Assembly: GCA_013239625.1 (NCBI GenBank)
Contig: MU053722.1
Location: 1 to 64,000 of the forward strand
Reading direction: 5' to 3'
DNA length: 64,000 bases
From: Lama guanicoe
Lineage: Eukaryota
Shown: piece after piece, positions 13,881-25,022 of the stretch
Numbering within the stretch: the stretch's first letter is position 1
Layout of the letters: every line of letters begins with the position of its first letter
Notes under the pieces: model-generated
Databases searched by the model: none
The model's input: only the letters and a program-made list of their open reading frames with translations
Told to the model about the DNA's origin: nothing
Made by a program: the position numbers and the translations under genes

Positions 13881-14555
13881 NNNNNNNNNNNNNNNNNNNN
13901 NNNNNNNNNNNNNNNNNNNNNNNNNNNNNNNNNNNNNNNNNNNNNNNNNNNNNNNNNNNNNNNNNNNNNNNNNNNNNNNNNNNNNNNNNNNNNNNNNNNN
14001 NNNNNNNNNNNNNNNNNNNNNNNNNNNNNNNNNNNNNNNNNNNNNNNNNNNNNNNNNNNNNNNNNNNNNNNNNNNNNNNNNNNNNNNNNNNNNNNNNNNN
14101 NNNNNNNNNNNNNNNNNNNNNNNNNNNNNNNNNNNNNNNNNNNNNNNNNNNNNNNNNNNNNNNNNNNNNNNNNNNNNNNNNNNNNNNNNNNNNNNNNNNN
14201 NNNNNNNNNNNNNNNNNNNNNNNNNNNNNNNNNNNNNNNNNNNNNNNNNNNNNNNNNNNNNNNNNNNNNNNNNNNNNNNNNNNNNNNNNNNNNNNNNNNN
14301 NNNNNNNNNNNNNNNNNNNNNNNNNNNNNNNNNNNNNNNNNNNNNNNNNNNNNNNNNNNNNNNNNNNNNNNNNNNNNNNNNNNNNNNNNNNNNNNNNNNN
14401 NNNNNNNNNNNNNNNNNNNNNNNNNNNNNNNNNNNNNNNNNNNNNNNNNNNNNNNNNNNNNNNNNNNNNNNNNNNNNNNNNNNNNNNNNNNNNNNNNNNN
14501 NNNNNNNNNNNNNNNNNNNNNNNNNNNNNNNNNNNNNNNNNNNNNNNNNNNNNNN
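13881..14555. other. Assembly gap (other gaps: 14875-15213, 33349-33359, 39255-39483, 59786-59900)
   Basis: Runs of N. Confidence 1.
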
Positions 14556-14850
14556 AAATTTTCAACAAACTAGAACAAATAATCCCAAATCACAAAAGAC
14601 CCAGAACTGCCAAAGCATTACTGAAGAAAAAGAATGAAGCTGGAGGAATAACCCTCCCAGACTTCAGACAATACAAGAGCTACAGTAATCAAACCACCAT
14701 TGTATTGGTACAAAAACAGGCATATGGATCAAGAGAACAGGACAGAGAGCCCAGAAATAAACCCACAAACTTTTGGTCAATTAGTCTTTGACAAAGGAGG
14801 CAAGAACATAGAATGGAGTAAAGACAGTCTCTTCAGCAAATTGGGAAACT
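14556..14850 (+). mobile_element. LINE-1 ORF2 fragment between two gaps
   Basis: Translates to [35 protein letters not shown]. Confidence 0.92.
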
Positions 14851-16169
14851 GCTGTTGGGACTAAAAAAATAAAANNNNNNNNNNNNNNNNNNNNNNNNNN
14901 NNNNNNNNNNNNNNNNNNNNNNNNNNNNNNNNNNNNNNNNNNNNNNNNNNNNNNNNNNNNNNNNNNNNNNNNNNNNNNNNNNNNNNNNNNNNNNNNNNNN
15001 NNNNNNNNNNNNNNNNNNNNNNNNNNNNNNNNNNNNNNNNNNNNNNNNNNNNNNNNNNNNNNNNNNNNNNNNNNNNNNNNNNNNNNNNNNNNNNNNNNNN
15101 NNNNNNNNNNNNNNNNNNNNNNNNNNNNNNNNNNNNNNNNNNNNNNNNNNNNNNNNNNNNNNNNNNNNNNNNNNNNNNNNNNNNNNNNNNNNNNNNNNNN
15201 NNNNNNNNNNNNNACAGGCTAAGTGGGAAAGAGCACAGAGCTTCCATGATCTCTGGGAGCACCATTTTCCCAGCATCCCCACATGGTCACCAATCCAGAA
15301 GCTCTCTGAACCCTAACCTATTGGGTTCTTTATTACATAGGTATACTTGATTAAATCATTGGCTCTTAGTGACTGGTTAAATCTGCAGCCCATCTCTCCT
15401 CAGAGCGCAGGGGGTGGACTGAAAGTTCCAACCCCTAATTATATGGTTGGCTCCCCTAGCAACCAGCCCCCTTCCTTAGGATGCCCCTTAGCATCCTTAG
15501 GTGCTTTCCAAAAGTCACCCCATTAACATAAACTCAGGAGTTGTTGAAAGGGGTTTGTTATGAATATCAAGACACTTTTATTACTCTTATTAGGAAATTC
15601 TTATGGTTTTAAGGAGCTCTGTGCCACAAATAGAGATAAAGACCAAATACATATTTCTTATAAATCATATAATCACGATGTATCATCTATCAGATAATGG
15701 AGGAATTCTAGCAGAAAAGAACTGGAGTGACCCAAAATTCCTAAAGACTGTGGTAAATTTTATCTACCCAGATCACAGAAATTATAGAACAAAAGGGCCT
15801 AAAAGGGACTCTTTAAATGGCCCAAGAAAGACTTCTTCCCAAAGTTAGCTTTATGCATCTGTCTCAGAGTGAGAAGCTAGCTTCCAGTGGGAAATCCTTT
15901 CCTATTCTCTTCTACTTCTTTCCCAAATCTCCTGGAGAGAAACTGGCTAATGAGATTAGAGACTGGGAGAAGGAGGGAGGAAGAGGAGAAGCACAATAGA
16001 AAGAGACAAAAATCAACCCTTACCCCTCATTCCGACAAAGGCTTCTATTGACAGCAAGCTTGAGCTAGTTGAGAGATCTGCCATTAAAACAAATTCAGAG
16101 TTTATATTAATAATTTGTACTCAGAATTCCAACTTCTTAACTGAGATTATGTTTGTAATTTTTAGAAAA

Positions 16170-16680
16170 GCCACTGTTAGTCTGGGCACTTAAAAAAGCA
16201 GACACCAAGATTTTAAATATATGTGTATCTATTTATATATATAATTATTCTGTATTGTTATATAAATTATTATTTATTCTTATTTTAAAAATTAAGCTAT
16301 TATTTTTTTATATATATATAGGCAAATTCCTATGAAGAAAAAGAGCTTGGAGCCAGAGAGCCTTCAGACTTGGAAGCAAGCCATATGCCTGTCTCCCTGA
16401 ATGAGACAGAGGAAGGCATCTCAGACCACAGACCTCTCTTAAGAAACTTTTCTCCAGGTTGACTGAGAATCTTTGAGTCAAAGTTGCCCATTAGAGGAGC
16501 CCTATATCTTGCATAAATTACCCTTTTTTAGTACACCTGCTGTGTGTAATCATTGACTATGAGCAGCCCGTGCGATTCAGTATTGGATTCAAAAGGGCTA
16601 CAGCTGGTGGCCATCAGAAAATTAAGCTGCTTGCCACAATAAGATACCTGAATGACACATTCTTATGACATCAAAGTCAT
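16170..16680 (-). mobile_element. MLT2-like LTR (old)
   Basis: AAGCAGACACCAAGA..GAGAGCCTTCAGAC..AAAGTTGCCCATTAGAGGAG..TCATTGACTATGAGCAGCCC. Confidence 0.5.
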
Positions 16681-18030
16681 ATCCTTGCTTGAGTTTTCAC
16701 CCAGGGCACAGGAAATGACTCATTAAATAGATGTTAAAAAAAAATCATAGCAGGTAAAACAATAACAGTATTTTCAGTGTATCAAAAGACATGCAATTCA
16801 AATACCTGTGGTTTAGATAGGCCACCCATGGTGCCCCAGCATCCTGTGATCACCACTTCATTTAACAAAAAAAATGAAATGACCCAAGACCCATTCCATG
16901 TAACAGCTATGCGCTATTAGTTTGTGTGTTGCCAACACCAGCCCCTCTCTGCCCCTCTAGTAAAGTAATAAAGATCAATTTACTTGGTTAATTTGTTGAA
17001 AATGGATTTGCCACAGGTGTGTTCCTGAGTCTTAACATGCTATATACTGCTTTATGTGGGTCATTTGGCGTCCATTTATGGTTCGCTCATTCTAGAGTTC
17101 CTAGGACGTGATAATACACAATAATCTACTAAAGCAATTTATTTTCAAAAGTTTGAAAAAAATGTTTCTGGGAGTTGCTGCTTAGTATGTCAATGCAACC
17201 ACAGAAACTTCCAGTATTTCTACATTGATAGATCTATTTGGAAGACATGGTCATGGCGGGATAAGCAAATGCTCATCTGCCACAGCACAGCTATGACTTT
17301 AGGGAGGAAGAGTGCAGTAATTGTTCTTCCCTACCTCAGGTCACAGCGTATAACTAACTACTAGACCTAGACTACAGGTTATACGACAAAGTAGAAGAAA
17401 CCTTTTTTTTTTTTTTTTTTTTTGGCCTCCTGTTTCTTTTCCTTTGCTTTCCTTCTTGACTGACCTTGTTTTCTTTCTCCAAGCTTCCATCTGTCTTTTA
17501 CTTGAGTCAGAATGAATCTTCTATCTATGAAAATCTAAAAGGCTTTGCAATTTCAACTCATTTATTTCCAGATATAAGAAAAAAACGTTTCAAAATGCTG
17601 TTTTCTCTAGTTTGAATTAACCTTCTGGTTAAAAGCCAGGGTCTGGTCTGAGTGTGAGGAATGTGAGTTTCCCAAGAAGGCAAATAGGTCACAGCTAGAG
17701 CCCACAGGCTACCTGAGTTTGACAAGGAGGCTGTGGGAAGTAAGAGAAGGTCCTGATGGAGGGGCAGGAAAAGGATCGGTTGGGGCGTGCTGAGCTTCAG
17801 AGGCCGCTCAGAGAATGGCAGAATCAGGCCCAAGTCGCTGCACCCCGACCACTCCTCCCAGAAGAAACTCACGGGTTATCGCGAGAGATGGGGGGGGGAA
17901 TCCTGGGGCGAGAAAACACCTACGTGTGCCCCACCCCCGGTGCCAGAACCTCCTCCTATCTTGCAAACACTAACCCTCCAAGACGACTGTCTCCCCTTAA
18001 TCCCCTCTACAACTCCACATTCAGACTCAC

Positions 18031-18140
18031 CGCGCAGCAGCTCCCGTCCCGGAGGCCCAGTCAGGTGCGACGGAAGGGCCACGGCACACATGCCACGGAG
18101 CAGCGAGAGAGGCTGCGCCTGAGGCTGGCGCAGAAGTGGA
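18031..18140 (-). other. Putative non-coding first exon of a minus-strand gene (TSS approximate)
   Basis: Consensus donor GCGG|GTGAGT on minus (ACTCAC at 18025-18030) just downstream of the NRF1/ETS cluster. No recognisable coding sequence here or in 1-18000. Confidence 0.55.
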
Positions 18141-18199
18141 CTGCGCATGTGCAGGTTGCAAATCTCGCGTCTTTCGGGAGCCGGAAGTGCCCGAGGCAG

Positions 18200-18359
18200 G
18201 AACAGAGGCTTCCAGAGGTTTCCAGAGGCTTTCAGAGGCTTCCAGACGCCGCCGTCAGTCGTCAGCAGAGGTGCATGGCTGCGGCAACCCGGAGGTGCTC
18301 TGGGAAACTTCGTCGGGGCCGAATGTCCGGGGCTGAACGTCCGTCCTAGCAGTTGCAAG
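18200..18359 (+). ncRNA. Possible first exon of a divergent plus-strand non-coding transcript
   Basis: Donor-like CAAG|GTAGGA at 18359/18360, alternative CAGG|GTAATA at 18415/18416, downstream of the ETS site. No credible ORF. Motif inference only. Confidence 0.3.
18203..18246 (+). repeat. 10-bp tandem repeat (CAGAGGCTTC, ~4.4 copies) in the promoter
   Basis: cagaggcttc cagaggtttc cagaggcttt cagaggcttc caga. Confidence 0.9.
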
Positions 18360-18484
18360 GTAGGAGACCGTCGCTGCCTGTTCCTTAAGTCTTCTCTCTC
18401 AAGAGCGGCTTCAGGGTAATAGTCTCGGTTTCTGGCCTAGCTCGCGTACAGACACCCTGCTCTGTGGGAGCTGGCTCCTTCGTC

Positions 18485-19812
18485 TTTAATTTTTATTTTT
18501 TGGCCTTTAAAACTTTATTCAGTTAGAAACCTTTATTAGAGACACTGCTGTATTCCGGGGTAGGTGGTGGCCTTGACTTTCAGAGCAGCTCTGATCTTAC
18601 CCCTTCCCCGGGCAAAACAAACCAGACATCTCACTCCCCAGCAAAGGGATGCGGGCTGGAGGTCAATGCCAGGCAGTGGAGGGGGCCTTGGACCTCCGAG
18701 TACTCACCCCAGATGGAAAGATTGGGTCACTCCAACGCAAGATGAGAGTTTGGGGCTCTAGGTTCCCTTCGCCTTGGAAGAGGAGTGGGGAAGTCTCAGG
18801 GATTCTTTGAGGGAGGGGGAAGCAAGCACCCATCTCTCCATCTGGATGTAGGAAAATGGGACAGAGGCCCAGTCCTACCAGGAGGCTGGGCTGGGACAGC
18901 GCTTGCCCGGGGGTGGCTGCGGCCGCCGCGGGTGACAAGCAGATGGGGAGAGGAGGCTCCGGTGGCCCCTCGGGCCGCTGGTTGGTCCCCCTCTGCCCAC
19001 AGCTGGACCCCGAGAAGGCAGCGCCCGCCGGCGAAGCCACACGCACCGCGCCCTCGGTAAAAAGCCCCGAGGACCACGTCGTCAGCATGTCTGTAATACA
19101 CAGGGACTCACACAACGTCTAGGGAGGAAGTGACCCTCCCCGTGGCCGGTGCACAAATACCCGGTGCTGTCTTAAGCGAGCCCCGCGCGCAGCCGTGCTG
19201 GCGGCTCCTCCGCGCGCCGGGCTCAGTGTCCCGGGACGGGGTGTCCGCTCCGGCGCCCGCTCCTCCCGGTAGAAAGCCAGCCCCGACCCGGTCAGCAGAC
19301 GAAGGACGCCCACAAAGGAAACAGCTGTCTGGCATGGGTTCTCTCAAGCCAAGGTGGGAATGAGGCCACTTTAGGAGGGTGGGGAGTTGGCTAGTTTTGT
19401 TCTAAGGCTTCTGATTGTTTTCTAATTTGTGGAGTGAGCTTAGGATGGGGGCTGTGAGTGGCCTGCCCTCCCAGTATCATTCCTCGTCAAAGTTCTGATT
19501 CAGGAGGAAGTTGCACCCAGTGTCTCTGGTTGGTTGGTTTTGTTTTATATTTTGCTTTTTGTTTTTCCACAAGCAAAGTAGTTCTGGATCACCAGGTTCT
19601 CTGGGAAGCCCAGGGCTTTCAACTTGCTTATAGTTTCTTTCTCCTACATTGTCACTTGTATGGAGTTCATCTTCCCGGCCTCCTCACTTATGGACCCATT
19701 TCATGCTCCACATCCCAGATATCCACCAGCTCCAGGGGGCTTATTTCAATATCTAGATGAATTTCTCCTATTGCTGGCTAATTTGCTGCAAAAGCTGAGG
19801 GTTCTCCTGGCT
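18485..19812 (-). pseudogene. RAD23A: 5'-truncated processed pseudogene of RAD23A (C-terminal CDS + 3' UTR + poly(A) remnant), interrupted at ~18901-19316
   Basis: Minus-strand translation from 19812 gives SQENPQLLQQISQQ*EKFI*ILK*.../[55 protein letters not shown]...NFLLNQNFDEE* (TGA at 19477-19479). This matches the recalled RAD23A C-terminus ([100 protein letters not shown]). No introns; multiple stops and frameshifts. Flanking sequence resembles the RAD23A 3' UTR (CCTCCTAAAGTGGCC, CCAGACAGCTGT, CCCAGCCCAGCCT, GAATAAAGTTTTAAA). AATAAA at 18514-18519 and 18532-18537 (minus); A-rich tail at 18485-18501. Confidence 0.9.
18901..19316. other. CpG-rich ~420-bp segment of unknown origin inside the RAD23A retrocopy 3' UTR
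   Basis: Very dense CpG. It lies between two motifs that are nearly adjacent in the recalled human RAD23A 3' UTR. Flanked by similar GGGACAGC (18893-18900) and GGAAACAGC (19317-19325). Confidence 0.6.
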
Positions 19813-20337
19813 CATTAAATGAAGGGATGTACATAGACTTTAACTAACTTTTGACATCCTACAGCAGAAATCAATTTCATATTGTAGAGGGGCAAGAATT
19901 TTTTAATTTACTTATCTCCGTTGGCAGATACAGGATGATATTAGTGGGTAATATTTATCTACACATTATAAAAATATTCTGACTGAAATTTTATGTGCAA
20001 CGGTTGGACCTAAGCACTGGGGAGGCAGCAATGAACAACAAGAAAAGGAAAACAAAAATTTCTGCCCTCCTCTTATGCTTAAATTTGATAGAGAATAAAA
20101 AACAAAAATTAAAATTATGGAAAAAGTACTTTGATGTAATTAAATATATATGTACATATACTTTACACACACATACACACACTTAAATACACATGTAAAA
20201 TTTTGACACTTTGGGCTCTGGAAAACAAACTAATGTCATTAGATAGATAGTTATTGGAAAAACACAAAACATTTACACAATGCTTAATTAGGAAATTAGA
20301 TTTTACTATAGCATAGGGCAGATAAAACTATTTTCAC

Positions 20338-21243
20338 TTTTTTAATTGAACTATAATTGATCTGCAATACTGTGTTAGTTCCAGGTGCACCACATAGTGA
20401 TTTGATATTTCTACACATTACTAAATGATCACTGTGATAACTCCAGTTACCATTTGTCACTGTACAAACATATTTCAGTATTATTGACCATATTCCCCAT
20501 GCTGTACACTGCATCCCTGTGGCTCGTTTTTTTGTAACTGAAAGTTTATACCTCTCAATCCCCCTCACCATTTTGCTCATCCTCTCATCCACCCTCACCT
20601 CTGGCAAACACCAGCTCTGTGAATATCTATGAGTGTTTCTGTTATATTTGTTCCTCTGTTTTATTTTTCAGATTCCACATATAAATGAAATCATATGGAA
20701 TTTGGTTTCTCTGTCTGACTTATTTCACTGAGTATAATACCCTCTAGGTCCTTCCATGTTGTCACAATTGTCAAGATTTCATTCCTTGTTATGTCTCATA
20801 TTTCATTGTAGATATATACCGCATCTTCTTTATCCATTTATCTGTTGATGGGTAGTTGGATTGCTTTCACATCTTGCTTTTGTAAATAATGCTGCAACAA
20901 AATAGGGATGTATGTATCTTTTCTAATTAATGTTTTTGTTTTCTTCAAATACTCGAATGGAATGGTTGGATCATATGATAGTTGTATTTTTAATTTCTTA
21001 AGGCATCTGTTTTCCATAGTGACTGCACGCATTTACATTCCCTTTTCTCTACAACCATGCCCAGGCTCGTTGTTGTCTGTCTTTTTGATAATAGCCATTC
21101 TGACACGTCAGAGGTGGTAGCTTATTGTTGTTAGATGTGCATTTCCCTGCTGGTTGTGATGTTGAGCCTCTTTTTCACCTTCCTGTTGGCCACCTGTATG
21201 TCTTCTTTGGAAAAATGTCCTCTGTCCCTTTTTTAATTGGGTT

Positions 21244-21276
<33 letters not shown>

Positions 21277-24200
21277 TTTTTTTTTTTTTTTTGGTTTTTT
21301 TACCTTATCAGATGTGATGCATTATTTGCAAATAACTTGTCCCATTCAGCCAGCAGCCTTTTCATTTTGTTGATAGTATTTTCTGTATGCAGAAGATTTT
21401 TAGTTTGATGTATTCTCATTTTTGATTTTTGCTTTTGTTTCTCTTGCCTGAGGAAGTAGATTTAAAAAAATGTTGCTAAGACCCCTGTGAAAGAGCTTAC
21501 TACCTATGATTCTTCTAGAACTTTTTTTTATGGTCTCAGGTCTTGCATTTAACTCTTCAATCCATTTTAAGTATATTTTTGTATGTGTATGAGAAACTAG
21601 TCCAGTTTGATTCTTTTGTATGTAACTATCCAGTTTTCCCAACTCCATTTATTAAAGTCGTCTCTTTTCCCTAGGGTATATCCTTGTCTCCTGTGTTGTA
21701 GATTAATTGACCGTATGCTTGTGGATTTATTTCTGGGCTCTCTGTTCTGTTCCCTTGATATGTGTCTGTTCCCTTGATATGTGTCTGTTTGTATGCCAAC
21801 ACCGTAGTGTTTTTTTGTTTGTTTGTTTGTTTAAATTGAATTACAGTCAGTTACAGTGTGTCGGTTTCTGGTATACAGCACAATGCCGCATTCATGCATA
21901 TGCATACATATATTAATTCTCATGTTCCATGCTACTTTGATTATTGTGGCTTCATAGTATGGTTTGAATCAAGGAACATAATACCTCCAGCTTTGTTTCT
22001 CTTTCTCAAGAATGTTTTGGTTATTAAGGTATTTTGTGTTTCCATACAAATTTTTTAATTATTTGTTCTAATTCTGTGAAAAATGCCATTGTATTTTGAT
22101 AGGAATTACATTGACTTTGTGTACTACCTTGGGTAGTATGGTCATTTTAACAATATTAATTGTTCCAATCTATGAACAGGGTACATCTTTCCATTTGTTT
22201 ATGTTATCTTCAATTTCTTTCATGAATGTTTTATAGTCTTCTGAATACATGTGTATTATCTTCTTAGATTTATTGTTTTTGCTGCAATTGCAAAAGAGAC
22301 TGTTTTCTTAATTTTGTTTTCTGATCGTTTGTTAACTAGTATAAAGAAATGCAACAGATTTTTATATATTAGTTTTGTATCCTACAACTTTACTGAATTT
22401 ATGTTTTAGTTCTAATAGCTTTTTGGCAGCATCTTTTGATTTTTTTATGTATAGTATCATGTCATTGGCAAATGGTAACAGTTTTACCTCTTCATTTTCA
22501 TTTTGGATGCCTTGTCTCCTTTTTTTTCCCCAGTCTGATTGCTGTGACTAATATGTCTAATACTGTGTTGAATAAGAGTAGTTAATAGTGAGCACCCTCG
22601 TCCTGTTACTGATCTTAGAGGAAAAGCTTTCAGCTTTTCATCATTGAGCATGGTGTTAGCTGTGGGCCTGCCGTATTTGGCCTTTACTGTATTGAGGTAT
22701 AGTCCCTCTATAGCCACTTTGCCGAGTTTTTATCATTAATGGATGTTGAATTTTGTCAAATTTTTTTCTATGTCTATTGAGATGAATTATAATAGGGTGA
22801 TGCTGGCCTTGTAAAATGAGTTTGCAAGTGTTTCTTCCTCTTCAGTTTTTTTGAAATGGTTTTAGAAGGCTATGTGTTAACTCTCCTTTGTGTTTTTGGT
22901 AGAATTTATTATAAAGGTATCTGATCCTTTCAGTCCTGGGCTTTTGTTTGTTGGGAGTTTTTTCTGTTTGTTTTTTGTTTTTTATTACTGATTCAATTTC
23001 ATTATTTGTAAATGGTCTGTTCATATTTCTTTCTGATTTCAGACGTGGGAGATTTTATGTTTCTAGGGACTTATTCATTTCTTCCAGGTTGTTCATTTTA
23101 TTGACATATAATTGTAGTAATCCCATCTAATCCTTTGTATTTTATTTCTGATTTTATTTCTTTGGGCCCTCTCTGTTTTTATCGTGACGAGTCTGCCAAA
23201 GGTTTATCAATTTTGTTTATTTTTCAAAGAACCATCTCTTACTTTCATTGATCTTTACTACTGCCTGTTTAGTCTCTATTTCATTTACTTCTGTTCTGAT
23301 TTTTATTATTTCTTTCTTTCTACTAACTTTAGGTTTTGATTATTCTTCATTTTCTAGTTCCTTCAGGTGTATAGTTAGGTTGTTGAAAATTTTTCTTGTT
23401 TCTGGAGGCAAGCTCATAAGTCTATACACTTCCCTCTCGGAACTGCTTTGTTGCATCCCACAGATTGTAGATCATTGTGTTTTTATTTTCATTTGTCTCC
23501 AAGCTTTTTTTTTTTTTTTCCCTCTTTGATTTCTTCAGTGACCCATTGGTTGTTTAGTAGCATATTGTAGCATATTGTTTAGCCTCCACATGTTTGTGCT
23601 TTTTGCAGATTTTTTTTTTCTTGTAGTTGATTTCTAGTCTCATACTCTTGTGATCTGAAAAGATACTTGATACGAATTCAGTCTGCTCAGGTGACTTCCA
23701 CTACTCTGTCTTCTAGTTTGCTGATCTACTTTTCTGTATCATGTAGTCTACTACTGATTTGTTGCAGTGCATTTTTTTATTTCAGTTTTTGTAGTTTTCA
23801 GCTCTGTTTGGTTCTTTTTTATGTTTTCTGTCTTTGTTAAACTCAGTGTGTTCATCCATTTTTCTCCTGAGCTCACTGAGCAACTTTATAATCAATAACT
23901 TGAATTCCTTATTGGGTAGACTGCTTATCTCTACCTTCACTTAGCTCTTTTTCAGGAGTCTTACTGTGTTCCTTGTAAAAATGTTCTTCAGTCACCTCAT
24001 TTGCCTGATACCTGTTTTTATTTCTACAGATTAGGTAGGTCAGTTATGTTCCTTGATCTTGAAGAAGTAGCCTTAATGCAGGAGACATCCTGTGGGCCCC
24101 AGCATGCTCCCCTCTGGTCACAGGAGGTTTATGCTCAAGTGATGCTCCATATGTGGGCTGCATGAGCCCTTCTGTTACAGAGTTGACTGCTGTGAGTATG

Positions 24201-25022
24201 CTGGTAGCTGGAACTGTCCTTTCACCAAGTTGGCTGCAGCATGCAGGTAGATGGGGCTGCATCATGGGGTACTGCTTGTCGGGTTCTGGGGTCCTGGTGC
24301 CAGCCTGCTTGTGGGTAGGGACTAGGCCCACACATGAATGGCTGCTTTACCTAAAATGTCCTAGGACTGGAGCTGACTGGCTGGTGTGTTGATAAGCCCC
24401 TACTGCTAACTCCATAGTGGCACTTGGCAGCGTGAGTGTCCTCATGGTAGAACAAGCTCCCAAAAATGGTTTCTGCCAGCATCTATGTCCCAGAGGTTCT
24501 CTTTTGCATCCTACTTCTCTGGGAGGCTCTCCAACATCAGCAGGTGGGTCTGACCCAGTGTCCTTTTAAATTACTACTTCTGTGCTGGGTCTTGGAGCAT
24601 GTGAGGCTTTTCCTGAGCCCTTTACATCTGAAGTTTCTGTTTTCTACAGCCCTCTGTAGAAGCCTTTACACAAGCGCCAGTGGCCTTCAAAGCCAGATGT
24701 CCTGCTGGCTCATCTTCCCGGTTCAGGTTCCTGCAGCAGGGAGCCTTGGACCCCACGCTTCTTGGGGAGAACCTCTGCAGTTGTGATTATCCTCCCATTC
24801 GTGGGTCTCCTACCCAGGGATGTGAGTCTTGACTATAGCACTTCTCTGCCCTTCCTTCTTGTCTCATTGTGGTTCTTTATTTATAAATTTAGTTGTGGAA
24901 AATGTTTTCTGCTAGTTTTCAAGTCCTTCTCATCAACAGTCACTCTGCAGATAGTTGTCATATTGATGTGCCCATAGAAGGAAATGAGCTCTGGGTCTCC
25001 CTACTTTGCCATTTTGGCCATG
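20338..25022 (-). mobile_element. Old, internally deleted LINE-1 (3' UTR, ORF2 pieces, ORF1 remnant, 5' UTR) with a nested short L1 3' end at ~21810-21920
   Basis: ORF2 remnants (YLNTVKAKYGRPTANTMLNDEKLKAFPLRS; MNRPFTNNEIESVIK). GC-richer 5' UTR-like region at ~24030-25020, homologous to 41845-41975. Confidence 0.88.
21247..21301 (+). repeat. Long interrupted poly(T) tract within L1
   Basis: Direct reading. Confidence 0.95.

Larger units (their letters stand above)
13815..15680 (-). mobile_element. MER21-like LTR split by an L1 insertion and gaps
   Basis: MER21-like sequence at 13815-13880 (TTTCCCATCACCCCTTCTTCAGGTTGGATTCATTTGCAGAACAACTCACAGAACT) and 15214-15680 (GAGCTTCCATG..CCAGAAGCTCTCTGAACC..TGAAAGTTCCAACCC..CATAAACTCAGG). 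Confidence 0.7.
17775..18480. promoter_or_regulatory. CpG-island promoter, probably bidirectional
   Basis: Abrupt GC- and CpG-rich block in an AT-rich, CpG-depleted background. Motifs: NRF1-like TGCGCATGTGCA (18142-18153), ETS/GABPA GCCGGAAGTG (18180-18189), partial TCTCGCGAGA-type sites (18163-18172, 17877-17886). Outward-facing splice donors on both strands. Confidence 0.88.

Noticed and set aside
13649..15282. ORFs of up to 380 aa
   Set aside because: Artefacts of N runs; the only real coding signal is an L1 ORF2 fragment.
17756..18419. Long overlapping ORFs (197, 160 and 111 aa) in the CpG island
   Set aside because: Expected from stop-poor GC-rich DNA; R/P/G/A-rich with no recognisable domain.
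18663..19363. ORFs of 64-150 aa on both strands
   Set aside because: They overlie the retrocopy 3' UTR and the GC-rich insert; no protein similarity recognised.
18470..19830. TSD for the RAD23A retrocopy
   Set aside because: No direct repeat found. The weak inverted similarity (TCCTTCGTCTTTAAT vs ATTAAATGAAGGGA) may be chance.
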